A DNA stretch of 64,000 nucleotides from a virus (Duplodnaviria > Caudoviricetes). The first letter of the stretch is position 1, and each line of letters starts with the position of its first letter. This document shows positions 50,254 to 63,969 of the stretch, piece by piece. Location: positions 12,279-76,278 of the IMG/VR virus record IMGVR_UViG_3300027715_000011, one strand, 5' to 3'. The notes beneath the pieces are model-generated. The model was given only the letters and a program-made list of their open reading frames with translations. It was not told the origin of the DNA and searched no databases. A program made the translations under genes and the position numbers.

Positions 50254-51294
50254 ATGAAATGTTTATATCATCATGATCCTGATGGCAAGTGTGCTGCAAC
50301 ACATGTTAAACAGAACACGCCAGACTGCACACCAGATGACTTCTTTGAGTGTAATTATGATAAACCGCTCCCTGATATGTCCAGGTGGTTTGGTGAATTC
50401 ATCTATATCGTAGACTTCAGCATCCCGGTAGAACTCATGAAAGAACTCCATGAGAGAAATAATATCGTTATCTGGATAGATCACCATGAGACTGCAATAG
50501 AGAAATATAAAGATTATCCTGAAGCTATTGAAGGGGTGAGAATTGTAGGTATTGCAGGCTGTATGCTCACATGGCTGTATTTTAATAGATACGATGTCAT
50601 TACAGCAGCAGAATTAAATAAAGATATGGTTATTGACTGTATATATGAACAGGCTCCTTTGTACACCAGGTATATCCATCTATGGGATACGTGGCAGTGG
50701 AAGGATAATGACCGATCAGATAATATTAAATTATTTGTAATAGCACTTGAGGCAGAAGAGAATGATCCATTTGCAGGAATATGGTATGATTTATTTGATT
50801 TCCCTGATGCGTTTATTTATGAGATGGTAGAACATGGTGCAAATATGCTTAAGTTCAGGGATGCATATAGCAAGAATGTATGTGATGAAATAGGTGAGGT
50901 TATAGAGTTTGAGGGATATCGGTGTTATGTCTGTAACATCCCGAAGAGCAACTCAGAATGGTTCAACTCTATATCGAAAGATACATACGATATAATAATT
51001 CCGTATTACTATAATAATAAGACTAAATTATGGGTAGCAAGCCTATATACGCTTAAAGACATCGACGTATCGAAGATTGCAGTGAAATACGGAGGCGGAG
51101 GACATCACTCTGCTGCTGGGTTCCAAGTAAAGGAATTACCATTTGTTATTAATGAAACAGAGGCTAAATTAAAGGCATTACTGTATGCATTGTATGAGTT
51201 AGGTATCACTGAATGGTCAGGGTATAAGGATGCTATTGGATATTACAAATCAAGTGATTTCCCAGATCATGCAATACCGGGGTACATAGAATGA
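50254..51294 (+). CDS. DHH/DHHA1 phosphoesterase
   Basis: HHDPDG, IVDFS, WIDHHET, SLY, YGGGGHHSAAGF. Confidence 0.9.
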   Translation: MKCLYHHDPDGKCAATHVKQNTPDCTPDDFFECNYDKPLPDMSRWFGEFIYIVDFSIPVELMKELHERNNIVIWIDHHETAIEKYKDYPEAIEGVRIVGIAGCMLTWLYFNRYDVITAAELNKDMVIDCIYEQAPLYTRYIHLWDTWQWKDNDRSDNIKLFVIALEAEENDPFAGIWYDLFDFPDAFIYEMVEHGANMLKFRDAYSKNVCDEIGEVIEFEGYRCYVCNIPKSNSEWFNSISKDTYDIIIPYYYNNKTKLWVASLYTLKDIDVSKIAVKYGGGGHHSAAGFQVKELPFVINETEAKLKALLYALYELGITEWSGYKDAIGYYKSSDFPDHAIPGYIE

Positions 51295-54200
51295 TGTCAG
51301 AGTGGATGATCAATCTTTCAAATGCAGCCAATATAAAATCAGATGAGGATGCAAATAAATTTATTGAAATTATTACAACTCTAAATGATAATTTTGATGT
51401 ATTATCATGTGCAGAGTTTAAAGACATGGTTAAGCTAACTCAATCGGAATATATTCCAGTTGAAGCATTAAATAAGATTATATATGATTTTGAAGTTTTA
51501 TATAATGAAATAAAAAGTATGCCATTTCAGAATGATATGGATGCCAGGATGTTATGTCAACTACAACGATTTATAGATCATTTAAAGAAAGGGAGGAATT
51601 TACTGTATGAACTATGACGTGATCGAGTATAACGACCATCTGGGTCATGATGCCTATGTTCTCTATAGTATCAACATCAGGGATCTTGATGAGAAAGAGA
51701 AAGATGAACTTTTGGCTATAATTAAACCATGGTATGATGACCACATCAAATACTTCAAGGAAGATCCTTTTTAAGAAGGGTGAAACATCTATCATCCTTA
51801 CACTGAATAATGGAAATCTGGAGTTTGCAACGGTATTAAAGAACGACTCCCCGGTATGTGTATCAAATATGGGAACCGCATCAGGCATCATTGCCATTAT
51901 TGAACATATGATGACCGGCGGTACATGGGAAGCATACACCGTAAATGATAAAGGAGAGAAAGAAGAATATAACTCAGGAGTGATTCAAGCAATATGAAGA
52001 AGATAACATGTCCGAAGTGTAACGGAACCTATGAAGTTGACGGTAAAGAGTGTACTCGTTGTCACGGTACAGGTAAAGTATGGGTATCAGACGAGGAGAG
52101 TCCATGAATGAGGATGCATTAGCAACAGTGAAAAATCTGATCGTTGATGATATGAAACAATTAGGTACTATATCATACATAGAATCATGGGAGACTATGA
52201 GTAATGTTGAGTTTTTAAAGACGTATAAGTCGTTATATAAAAAACATAATGGTAAATTATTTGTATCAGAGGAAACCATCAAAAAGATAGGGGAGATTGT
52301 TGATGATCTTAATAAACAACAAGATCCTGATATGGAAGATTTGAGACGACAACTTATCAATCTGGAATCAGCGTCCGACGATCATTACCGTGATGAGATC
52401 AGACAACTCATGAGTGAGTATCCTAAAGGGAAATGTTGTGATGCGATGTATGCAGCATTGGATGCCATGGGTAATGCTGTTAATGCATTGCTCATATTCA
52501 TGACATTTGACAATAATCAAGATATTGATGTGGCAAAACGGTATGTTGTCCAGGTAGAGAGGTTAAAACGCCTGATGGAAGAGGAGGGTGTATGCAAAAC
52601 TGCATGACTTGTGTCTTTAACATTAGACCAACTCAGTACTCAACTACCACCTCTATCTTTGGTGCTATTACAATTAACGGTACAAATGGAGGGTGTCGCG
52701 GAAATAAGCAGATGTATGACAGGAGAATGAAACGTTTTCAAGATAAAGTAAATGAAGGATCATTGGATTCTGATGAATTTATATGGAATAAATCATGTGA
52801 ATTAAATCCATGTATTATGTATCGAGATGTCGAATATATCAAAGAATGTATAAAGGAAGGTAAGATATGACATATGAAGAAGCATTTGATAATATCAAAA
52901 GCGCAAATACTTATACAAGGTTCTTTACCGTTATAGTGCTCATATGTGTTTGTATATTGTTCAGTATGTATTATGTGAATATTAGAAACCCGGTAATAGC
53001 ATGTACACTATTGGTAATAGTATGGCTATGTGCAATAGGTTTTTTCTTAAAGGAATATGCCATTAGGGAAGAACTTAGAAAGATAGTATTAGGAGAGTAC
53101 GATCAATAACTATTTCTATTATCACCTCACTATTATTTTGTATGAAAGGTGATTATTTAACTGATATAACCTGTAAAGATGCAGATTTTGATCTATCTAA
53201 ACCATATGAAATATCATATGTAGTAAAGAAACGTAAAACTGGCAGCGAACTATTTAATTTTTCAGATCCATATTTGGATATTGTAAAGATACATCTTAAG
53301 GAGTATAATAAATGGTATTTCATTCAATGCATGAAGGATGGCGATACCGTTACAGTAAAAGTTAATGGGAAACAAGTATACCCTGAAAAACAGGAGAGAA
53401 AGAAAGATAAAGGTCACTCATGTATCCAGGTATATCTGAGAAAATATGGACATAAAAGAACATGGCATTGATTATAGTATGTGATTATTGCAAATCACAA
53501 AATATTAGACGTATAGACGAAAGGTTAGTACAGTGTGAAGATTGTAAATCGGTATTTATATCAGAACTGATTGTGAGTGAGCCAAAGGTATTGTTCTGAT
53601 GTCAGATGAGATAATATGTCCATATTGTAACCATGTATATACCGAATCATGGGATCTTCACCTTACCGGGGAACCAGAAGATATTGAGTGTGAAGAATGT
53701 GGTAAAGTATTCAAGGCATGGGTTGAGTATTATCCAAATTATTGTGAGGAGAAATGAAATATTTACCATTACTGGCAGTTGTAATACTGCTTCTATGTGC
53801 AGTGAATTATGCATATCATGATGGAACTGCCGTTAAAGCGTATAGAATGATGCAACCCGATGCTACGGCTGAACATCATGAAATATATTGTTATATAGAT
53901 TTTAAAAATTACTTTGGTCAGATTGTAACTGTAGAGTTTGACAGAAAAACATGGGACACTATTCATAAAGGTGATCATTATCACTGGTGAATTTGATTGT
54001 GATCCTTATTTAGCACCTATTGATTATTCAAATGTTAAATTCTGGTTTGTATGTAGAGATGGAATAATGGGATATAGTAATGAAGAATCATGCAAACACG
54101 GTGCTGAATATTATGGTGTATTATATCATAAATTTGATGGTGAATTTGGGTATTTTGAGAAGGGTAGATGGGTTAAAGTGTTAAATTATGAGTGAATCTA

Positions 54201-57200
54201 ATCGAGGGTATTACTATTGTGATACATGTCAGCAGATACGGTGGGAGTGTTACGTAAAGGATGGAAAGTGTACATTCTGTGGGAATGATATACGATTCAT
54301 TAAGGATGAGACTGCTCCACAAATAACTCAAGCAACGAAGATCGAGTTGATGCAAGAACTCATAAAACAGAAGGATGTTGAATTAATTCCTGTGTATGAG
54401 TGTGCAGAGATTCATTCTGACAGTATTATGGAATATGATGAACATGGAAACTCATATATTGCTGATCATTATACCCATAAGATAGATGGTCCTGCAACCA
54501 TCCTGGTTGTGAGGGTGAAGAAGGATGTCTAAATTCATTTGTAAATCTTGTGGGGATTATGAATGTAAACTTGAAATGATTCCTGATCCTGCAACAATAC
54601 CGTGGGGGTGTCCACAGGAAAGAGCTTGCGGCTCTGAATGGGATGAGGTTGTTGATGATCACTTGTTTTTAGACGCACGGGGTGTGTAGTGTGATGTTTA
54701 AATCAAAAACTCCTGAATTATGCATTAGATGTAAAGGGAGGAGTGAAAATAGTATTATCTTTTATTGTGATTATTGGGGGAAACATATACAAGTCTCTCC
54801 AAAGGAAGATGCCTCTTTTGAATGCAGTTATGGCAATAAGTCAGAGAATCAATTTTCTATAGATGAATGGATAATCCGATTAAAAACAGGAGTATGGAGT
54901 TCTGTAAATCCTACTGATCCTATTATAATAAAAATATTTAGTTGGGGATATACTCTAAATACACTTCCAAAATATGGACTTAATCCATTTATAGAAGAGA
55001 AATTTAATGGAGATTGTGAGAGAGAAGCAAAAAGAGTAGTAACTCTACTTACAGATGGAAAGTCACCCATTGAATTAGTTCATTGTTCTGATATAATGGT
55101 ATAAAAATGAAATTATCATATAAACAATTCATTGAACTATGTAATCCTGGACCATTTGAGTTTGATGAATTATCTGATGGGATGATCATTTGGTGGCAGT
55201 TGTGTGCATATGGAACTATTCATATAATTACTGACTGTAACTGGTCACATAGAGGATCGCGTGTATCATTCGATAAATTAAACCCACATATTATAAGGAT
55301 TTATGTTGAACGTAAATTTAGAGGTGAAGTTTGGGATGTTGATTATAATCAGGAGAGAAATTAATAAGTGAATTATATGAAAATAAAGAGAAGTCCATTT
55401 TATATTGCAGATATTGGTTTCTTCAATAAAAAACGTATTATTGATGTTAAAGGATATCGTAATAGTCTAATTGATGCGAGAGATCAGGCTATCATAAATG
55501 GATCGGTATATAATGATGGGAAGATTGCACAGCTTAATATGATTATTGATGAGCTTAATGATATTCTTAATTTAGAGTTATAATGTCTTATTTTGATACA
55601 ACTCCATTATCCAAGGAAGGATATGATATCTGTTGTAAAAGAGATATTGGAGTATACTCTCCACCATATAAGATATATTCATTATTAGATATTAGTAAAA
55701 TTCCAGTAATAGAATTCACTGATGAACAATACAAAGAAATTGAGGATATGGTAAATGAAATGATGGAAGATATGAAACGACAAAATGCTAAATGGGAGTA
55801 TGAGCGGAAGTATGGCAAAGATCTCCCTACTGGGTGGGGAATAAGTAGATATCAATTTATATTAAGCCGGTAAATGATACATATGGACGATGAGACAGTT
55901 AAAAAGTTATCAGATGAGGAGAAAGAAGATCTCCGTAAGGTAATGCAGATGCTCGGGGAGCAAGGTCCCGAACAATAATTATTTATAAATTGTTCACTCT
56001 ATTTTATAGATATGGAAAGTAGAAATCCGGTTAACTGTGATCACAGTGACCTATATGGTTACTGTGAACATATTGACGCAAGAAAAGAAGTTGGAAAGAC
56101 AAACGAAAAGATGAGATGTCCATTATCTAATGAGTATATCAAACTTTGCAAGTATTATAAAGAATATATATGGCCTAAATATTATATATGTTGTAACGGA
56201 GATATACGTGTTGCAGGACCATTCTGGGATGAGGCAGATGCAAAATCTGCAATGAACGGTATGTATAACGTCAGTATCATTGTTGTAAACCGATAACTTT
56301 AACTCTTTTTGCTACAAATTAATTAGTATGGAAGTATGTGGCATCATATACAACACGAGAAGTAGACAGTATACCGGAAAGAAAGGAATGAACAGAACCA
56401 TTGTACATACCAAACGCCTCACAAAAGAAGATGTGATCAATGCTTCATACAAGCGGCAGATCGTTCTTTTGCAGAATGGTAAGAAGGTCATCACGTGAAT
56501 GATATAAGAACCATATCTGATGGTGAAGAAGTATACGTCAGTATAACAGACCTCAAAATGTTCCTGTATAGATGCAAACAGGGAATGAAACAGTCACCGG
56601 CTCTGAACTATAACACGGACGTGCAGACCTCATCTATGGCAACGATTGATGTAATAATAGAAGCAATGGATGATCTAACCCATGTGTAATAAGGATACAT
56701 TACTGGAGCTTAAGAAACAGCAGATATTGGAACTGCACAATATCAAAGTAGCAGAATGGAATGCACGATCACGGCTGATGAACGAGATCAGATCTATATA
56801 CCCATGGTATACCAGGCGCTCAAACTATTGGACATCGAGACCTGATTATCAGCAGTATGAAAAGGAGCAGGATGAGATTATTGCGTGGGCACATCTTACT
56901 ACAGAAAAGATTCATGCTTGGTTTATTGACGCGTTATCAGGTAAAGAGGTAGATATACCAGCGATCTCATTCCCATTAATCAGGCTTGCAAATAAGCTAA
57001 AGAGTAGGTTAGAATGATCCAAATAAGGAGAGAACTAATGAAATCATTACCAATAGTATTATTGATACTGATATTTGTAGTGAGTGTAGTATCAGCAAGT
57101 ACCGTAACATTTACTGTAAAAGATCGGTATATTATAGGGTTTAGTACAGGTACATCATCACTGGTGATAGAAGATACGAATAATAATGTATATTGTATAT

Positions 57201-58437
57201 CTGATATGGCTTTAGTAAATGCAATCGGTGATAAGATCATGATAGCAGCGAACCAGTACAAACCGAATACTACCCATACCGTTATGGTGGATGATTGTAA
57301 TAGGATACAAACATGACATACCTTATCACACCATCGTTAGATGCGATCAATGTAGACGGAACAGAATATATTATGGTATATGACCGGTCAGAGTTCAGTA
57401 CCGTTCAGATCAACAAGCACTCAGATGAGTGGATAGACATCAGTCCTAGATTCACAGGAGAGAAACACAAGTACCAAGCACTGCAGTTCATGAAGAGTTA
57501 TATCTTAACAATGGGCAACAAACCTGCCATTATTGAGATATCTGATAGTGGGTGTATTAACACCACTCACACTTAAAGAAAAGATATATATTATTTTACT
57601 GACAACCTATAGAGTATGTCAGAAAGTGATGGTGGTATGGGCGGTGACTATGATGGTCGCCGATGTAGGGACGATGATTATTGCTACTGTTGCAGTCCCA
57701 GGGACGATCAAAAAGATACTGTAATCAAGGTAGATATCTGGGAAGTGATTGCAGGCTTGATTATATTCATTATAATAGTATATGGTATAGTTTACTTTTT
57801 CGGGCATATGTCATGATTAAGAAAGTAGTAGATCCATGGCCTAACTATATTGATCAAGTAGCAGTATGGGAAGATGTAAATGCAAGTCTCTTTTATGTAA
57901 GGTTATTGGACTCAACATATCAGTTGGATAAGAAAGAGTTGGAAGATTTAAGAGGGAGAATACATGGAGTAATAGGATATGGGTTTAAGCAGTTACAGCG
58001 ATGACGAGTTACGTGATGAACTCAAACGCAGGAGAGAACTGAGAAAGAATAACGATCAGTATGTTATAGAACAATACCTAAAGGAATGGTTCTTTCACCT
58101 GGATCATATTGGTGTAAGAAGTATAGGAGATCGTACCATACTATCAGGGCCATTGATTCAGTATAGTATCCCTAAATTAGTAAATAATACTAACGATGAT
58201 GAAGGTATTAATGGACATATTATAACAAAAGGATTAAATCACATTATCCACGAGTCATTGAAGGTATCAATAGAGAACTACAGAAAACGATATGCATCTG
58301 ATAACAATAAAGTAATAGTCACTACATGTATAGATGAAGAATATATCATCATGCATCCAGAGATGTATCAACGTATCAGACATAATGCATACGCATCTGA
58401 ACTATTCAGGGAAGTTGTAAGTAAATACTGCATGTAG
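51291..58437 (+). CDS. dense array of about 25 small hypothetical genes, several Zn-ribbon or membrane proteins
   Basis: Short co-oriented ORFs with overlapping stop/start and CxxC pairs. Confidence 0.55.
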
Positions 58438-58535
58438 AGCCATGTGTATCCCTTCGGGTTCCGTTGGTTCTATAACTCCGGAAGTTTAGGAGAGAAACCA
58501 TAACTATTTTGTAATAGTATATCAAATAATATTTC

Positions 58536-61500
58536 ATGTACGTAAGTAAAATAAGCCGGGATGATACATCAACTGTATATGATGTAGACATGATTCATCT
58601 TACATTGGATCAATTACGAGATCTTGAACAGTGTGATGATTACAGTATTGATAAGATGTTTATTAAAGACAATCATTTTGATGTAGTAACCACATCCACC
58701 GACAAGATTGATAACATCCTGAAGATGCTCAAAGAAGCAGTATCTGATTGTGAGGAGGTTAAACTTACATTAGCACCACATATTGCAGAGATCGATCTCT
58801 GTGCTAAATGGACTGTTACTGTAGCGAATGTATCAAAGGATATACTCATCAAACTTATGCAGAACAAGGATATTTCCTGGAGATGTATCGGTATGATCAG
58901 AAATTACATAGATGGTTTACTGGTAGATACCATTTCTGTGAAGTTTGAGTATAAATATGATACGTGTGAGTATAGTGGAGTATATACAAACATCCAGAAA
59001 CTTCTAGGAGAGAACTGATGGATATCTACAGAATCCTTATTTTAAAAAGTAACGCTAAATACAAAGTATACTCAACCGTAACCGTTGATGAGATGGTTCA
59101 GCAGACTAAGTATGATAGTGTAACCGTATTAGATTGTCTTGGTAAATGGATGTTTAAGATATCAGTCTTAATGTATTGGAGTAATTTTGATGATGTTATA
59201 AAGCATATCAGAAAGATGCCGGAGTTTCCATCATCAAAGAATATAAATGACAGAGCTCAGGTAACTTCTATAGTGCATAACGAAAACTATGATGTCATTA
59301 CAGTGTCTGATGTTACAGTAGAGCAGGCCGTAAAGTTGGCATGTTTTGACGCTGAAGAGATCATCATAAAGATTGAAGGAACCTCTATATTAACGGTGCA
59401 GTTGTGCTTTAAAGAAGTAAAGTGCATCCTGTTACTTATCAGTTATTTACATAAAATCCTAGTAGGGTAATCATGGACATAAAACAGATTACAATGTTCA
59501 ACTTTGATAGATCAACTATTCGTGCAATAATATCACTAGATGATATGGACGCTGCCGAACGATTAGGCGATGTAGTGATCATCAAATGTTACCAAGACTG
59601 GTTATTTGAAGTAGACATCACTGGGTATATCGGAAATATAGAACAGTATATCAGACAGATGAAAGAAGAGCCTGACAAGAAATTACCAGAGAATGAAACA
59701 TTTCAGATAGGTAGTTTCTCAGAAAGTAGTAAGACTTGCCATATTGAGTTACGGTATCTTACCATAGAGCAGGCAGTGAAACTATCTCATGTAAAAGATT
59801 TCATACAGATTGATATCCGTAGATACGATACAGGTATTGTTGTAACTACACATATGAATAAGGTAAAGTATAAATCCAATATACTAAAATACATCCATAA
59901 CCTACTAGGAGAGAAACATGATAAAAATAGCAGTGTATAATAAAGAAAACGAAACAGAAGTAATCTTCTCAAACGTAACGTTAGATGAATTAGTAGAGAT
60001 AGAAGAGAAGTATATAATAAACGATGTAGTTACTAAAGATAAAATCAGAACAGTAGTATGTGTAACAGATAGATCCATAGAGTATGAACTACAAGATATG
60101 CCTTCGTATATTAGCGGTAATGCAATATGTCATACAATAAATCCAACAATGGTAGGATTTAAAGTATTACCATACGTATCAGCTGTAACATTTTCAACAG
60201 GCGTAAAATACGGACCAACAACCTATAAAGCTAATGTACTGTTTCAAAACATATCTATTGATAAACTGCTAAACAGGAATGACTGTAAAGTAACCCTAGC
60301 GTATATCACATTAGACGAAGAACTGAACTTCGTATCAATAGGAGTATACATTCCGATAGAAACACCTACATACAAAGAACTGGTACCGAAGATCAAAGCC
60401 ATTCTCAAAACATTGTAGGAGTAAAACAGTGAATATTAAACGGATTAAAAACTTTATATTAGGTGTAGATACAGATCATATCCTATATAAGTATAAGAAC
60501 GGTAAAGTGGTAGATGATGAAGATCTACATAAAGTAGAGTTTTACTTTAGTACTGGATTAATGAAGCAAGGTACTCATGAATGTATTGACAATGACAGAA
60601 GAATCCATTACCAGACAACTGCCAGAACAACCAAACTAGGAATGGATTACCTAAAGTATCAGTAGAACCAACCGTGTCAACGACTACAGTCGAGTTCCGC
60701 ACCTCCAAAGACAATCTGGTTATATAATTCCAGGAATTACTAGGAGAGAAATAAAGAAGTACTAAATGATTTCAAACTCTTTTTAATACATTCAGATACG
60801 TGAGCATAATACTCTGTAGCTAATTTAAACGGCTGAATAAGGTTACCACCTTCATAATAGTCATTTGATACATACAGAACATTAGGAGTTCCACATCTAC
60901 CAAGGCAACATACACTCTCCCCGGGAGATAGTGTAGGGTCTACAACAATAATGATAAGAGTATACGAATAATCAGAAGTAGACTCACGTATAGTTTTCAC
61001 ATCCATAAAGATTATATGAATGTCAAACAAAATAATAGTTATGATAAAGACAGCAGTATACGAGAAAAAGAAAGGAACAATAGTAATATTCTCATCAGTG
61101 GAAATGAAAGATATTCCAGATATAGAAAAGAAATACCTCATTAAAAAATTGCATAATGATACAGTAATATGCAGAAGTAGTAGAGGTATATTTGATGAGA
61201 TATATAACATACCAGGCTGTGTAATAGTGGCAGATACCTGCTGGACAATATGTAATGCATCAGCCAAGGCATGTATTGTAGATATGCATTATGATCATGG
61301 AGCATTCACAGTCACATTCGATAATGTAAAGGTACAGAACATACCATTAACCCATACAGTAACTAGGGTAGAGTTACTCAGTGAAGGATCAGTATATACC
61401 GTAGATGCTACTGTAATGTTCATATCAGAGAGTGGTAAGTATACTGACATCCTCCCTGAAGTAAAGAATTACTTAGATGTACTGAATAAATCAAATACAC

Positions 61501-61565
61501 CTATAATAGATAATCTTGACATTAATGGCATTAATAGCGAAACAGTATATACTAATATTAAATAG
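58536..61565 (+). CDS. array of distantly paralogous ~150-180 aa proteins (58536, 59018, 59473, 59918, 61020) plus 60429-60665
   Basis: Recurring '..V(I)..vT(l)Del..(l)E' N-terminal pattern and an internally duplicated look; similarity judged by eye. Confidence 0.5.
60665..60695 (+). repeat. 31-bp direct repeat, copy 1 (copy 2 at 63970-64000)
   Basis: GAACCAACCGTGTCAACGACTACAGTCGAGT is identical at both sites, just after a TAG stop; contains a CGACT-AC-AGTCG hairpin. Confidence 0.9.
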
Positions 61566-61711
61566 GAGAGAAACCAATGAAAAAAAACAAGTAAAATTAC
61601 CATCCATGTTGCATTTAATCCTAACCCTAATGCAAAGTGTTTTAAAATAAACTTGTTTTCCAGGGATTTATTGGTTGGAGATCAAAGTAAACAATCTAAT
61701 TCAAAACGATC

Positions 61712-62718
61712 ATGAAGAACATCAGTAATATGGATCTCCCTTTTATTTACAGTATAACAGATGAAGAGATCCAATGTGAATATCCGGTATACATAGGAAT
61801 ATACAATGGGTTAGAAGTAAAAGCAGACAGAGAACGAACAGTCACTGTAATGTTTGCATACATAAAGGATAAACGATATCTCATAGCAGAAGATCATTTC
61901 CCTATAGACGATATTGAAGTATGGAGATATAGACATATCAGTAACCTAAAGGAAGAGTTAGACAACATAGAAAAGAGCCAGCAGAACCTCCAGTTAATAC
62001 ATGATATCATAAGTAACATATAGGACAGAACCATGGACATTAAAGTAGTAGAAGAGTTTTGCAGACAGATGGATATACCTGAGTGCAGTGAGATCTATAA
62101 CAGTGAATGCATTTATAATATAGGTACTAATTGTAACTGTAACAAGTCACATTATACATTCTGTCCGTTTAGATCACCATTATACCCACAATCAGTATGT
62201 AAGAAGTATGAACCATCCTACGGATATGTTGCAGTAAATAATGATAAAGTAATAAGCAGAGTAATGAGAACTACTGCTGAAGTATTGGACTGGGTAGACA
62301 GGTGTAATTTATATAGAGTAACAGTAATGCCTATGGCATCATTACTATTGATGTATAAAATAAATTATACATTACGGTTCAGTAAGGATGCAAAATATAC
62401 ATCCAACTTCACACCTCCTGAAGATTAATATTAGGAGAGAACCGGTAATGTTCTATTGATAACATACTCATAACTAATATATGTAAATAAACTATATATT
62501 ATAGTATGCACGTAGAAAAGGAAACCACATATAGTATAGTAGAGTTGTCAGAAACAGAACTGAACGTAATAAGACTGGCATTGATCAGATATCAAGTACA
62601 TGATGACGGTAATGAGATTATGTGTAAGTATATGGTCCAGAAGTTAGATCAAGTGAACAGTAAGATAGTAGCAGATTCTACATCTCAATATATTCATCCT
62701 AAAAATATAACTAATTAA
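61712..62718 (+). CDS. three small hypothetical genes (61712-62023, 62033-62428, 62506-62718)
   Basis: ORF track; each preceded by an AGGAG-like or TATA-like motif. Confidence 0.55.
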
Positions 62719-62738
62719 GGAGAGAAACACAACATCTT

Positions 62739-63963
62739 ATGCATGCTAAAGTAATTACTCCAGAGATAGATACCAATCAGTTTATAATTAATACTAATCT
62801 TAATGATAAGACGGTAATTATAAACTATTTTGTTAAGAGATATGATGAAGATTTTGATGAGCATTTCATAGATGCTGAACTAGGGTATACGTATGTTAAG
62901 GTAAGTTTCCATCCCAGTAGAGAAGAGTATATCTTTAGTAGGAAAGGAGATAGCATAGTTATACGATATGGCAAATCTGATGATATAGTTCATGTTACTG
63001 GATATACAGGTGCTGTAGTATTTAATGCAACCATCTCTACCGTAGTGGTTTATGATTATGGTGTTACATTCGATATAATAGGGTATGAGTAAAGAGAACC
63101 AGGTAATTTCATACCTCCTAAATCTAGGAGAGAAAACTATATCTATTTTAAATATAAATATAGTAATATGAATGTTACATCCATCCCGATATCACACGAA
63201 TCTAACAAGTTTTCAGTATCTATAAATAAAGAAGATAGAGTATTGATCCGCTATTTTGTAAAGGATAGATTCGATAATAAAGATAATATGCATTTTCCAG
63301 GAGCAAAACGAGGTATGGTATATGTAAAGTTATCAGTAATACCAGAGAACACCACATACATATTCTCTGCGGTTGGACATATAGTAGATATAATTGTTGA
63401 CAATATGTCGTTATCTAGTACAGGATCAGGTCTTATGACACTGGATAATGTATCTATTGTTACAGTAACCGATTCTACTAATAAGTTAGTTGTAACCATA
63501 GATCAAATTACTGATTCTTTAACTTTGAAAATCTAGGAGAGAACAATTATATAATTTTAAAATAAACTATAATAGTATGAATACCAGTGTAACAAACTCA
63601 AACGGTATATCAGCAGATGTATACTCTATAAATACATTTGAAGTAGATAAGTCAATAAATATAGTGTATTGTATTAAAAAGAAAGATGACAATTTATACT
63701 TTCCTAATGCAGAAGAAGGTAACGTATACGTTAAAGTTAGTTTTAACCCATGCCGAGAAATCTACCAAATTGATGCACAAGGAAACCAAATAGATATTGT
63801 AGTTAGATCAGGTAAAGAGGATGTTATAAAGTATAACCAAAGTGAATCAGGAGTAATGGTATTGGATACTGTTAAAGTATCATCCGTAACTATAAAGGAT
63901 ACTGGTAATGGATTATTCATCAGAATTAATGAGCGTAATTCTGTTCCACCAATGATCCTTTAG
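62739..63963 (+). CDS. three tandem paralogous beta-rich proteins (62739-63092, 63168-63536, 63577-63963)
   Basis: Shared V.I.Y.(V)K..D....F..A..G..YVK(V)S..P....Y.....G..(I).I. Confidence 0.8.
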
Positions 63964-63969
63964 AACCCG

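Noticed and set aside
61577-61715. A8 run after an ATG as a phase-variable switch (A7 would open a 45-aa ORF)
   Set aside because: The restored ORF is short and featureless, and a homopolymer error or decayed gene is equally likely.
346-63793. Numerous antisense or nested track ORFs (e.g. 2325..2753, 9492..9923, 15326..15685, 32321..32683, 37383..37709)
   Set aside because: They are shadows of longer motif-bearing genes on the opposite strand or in another frame.
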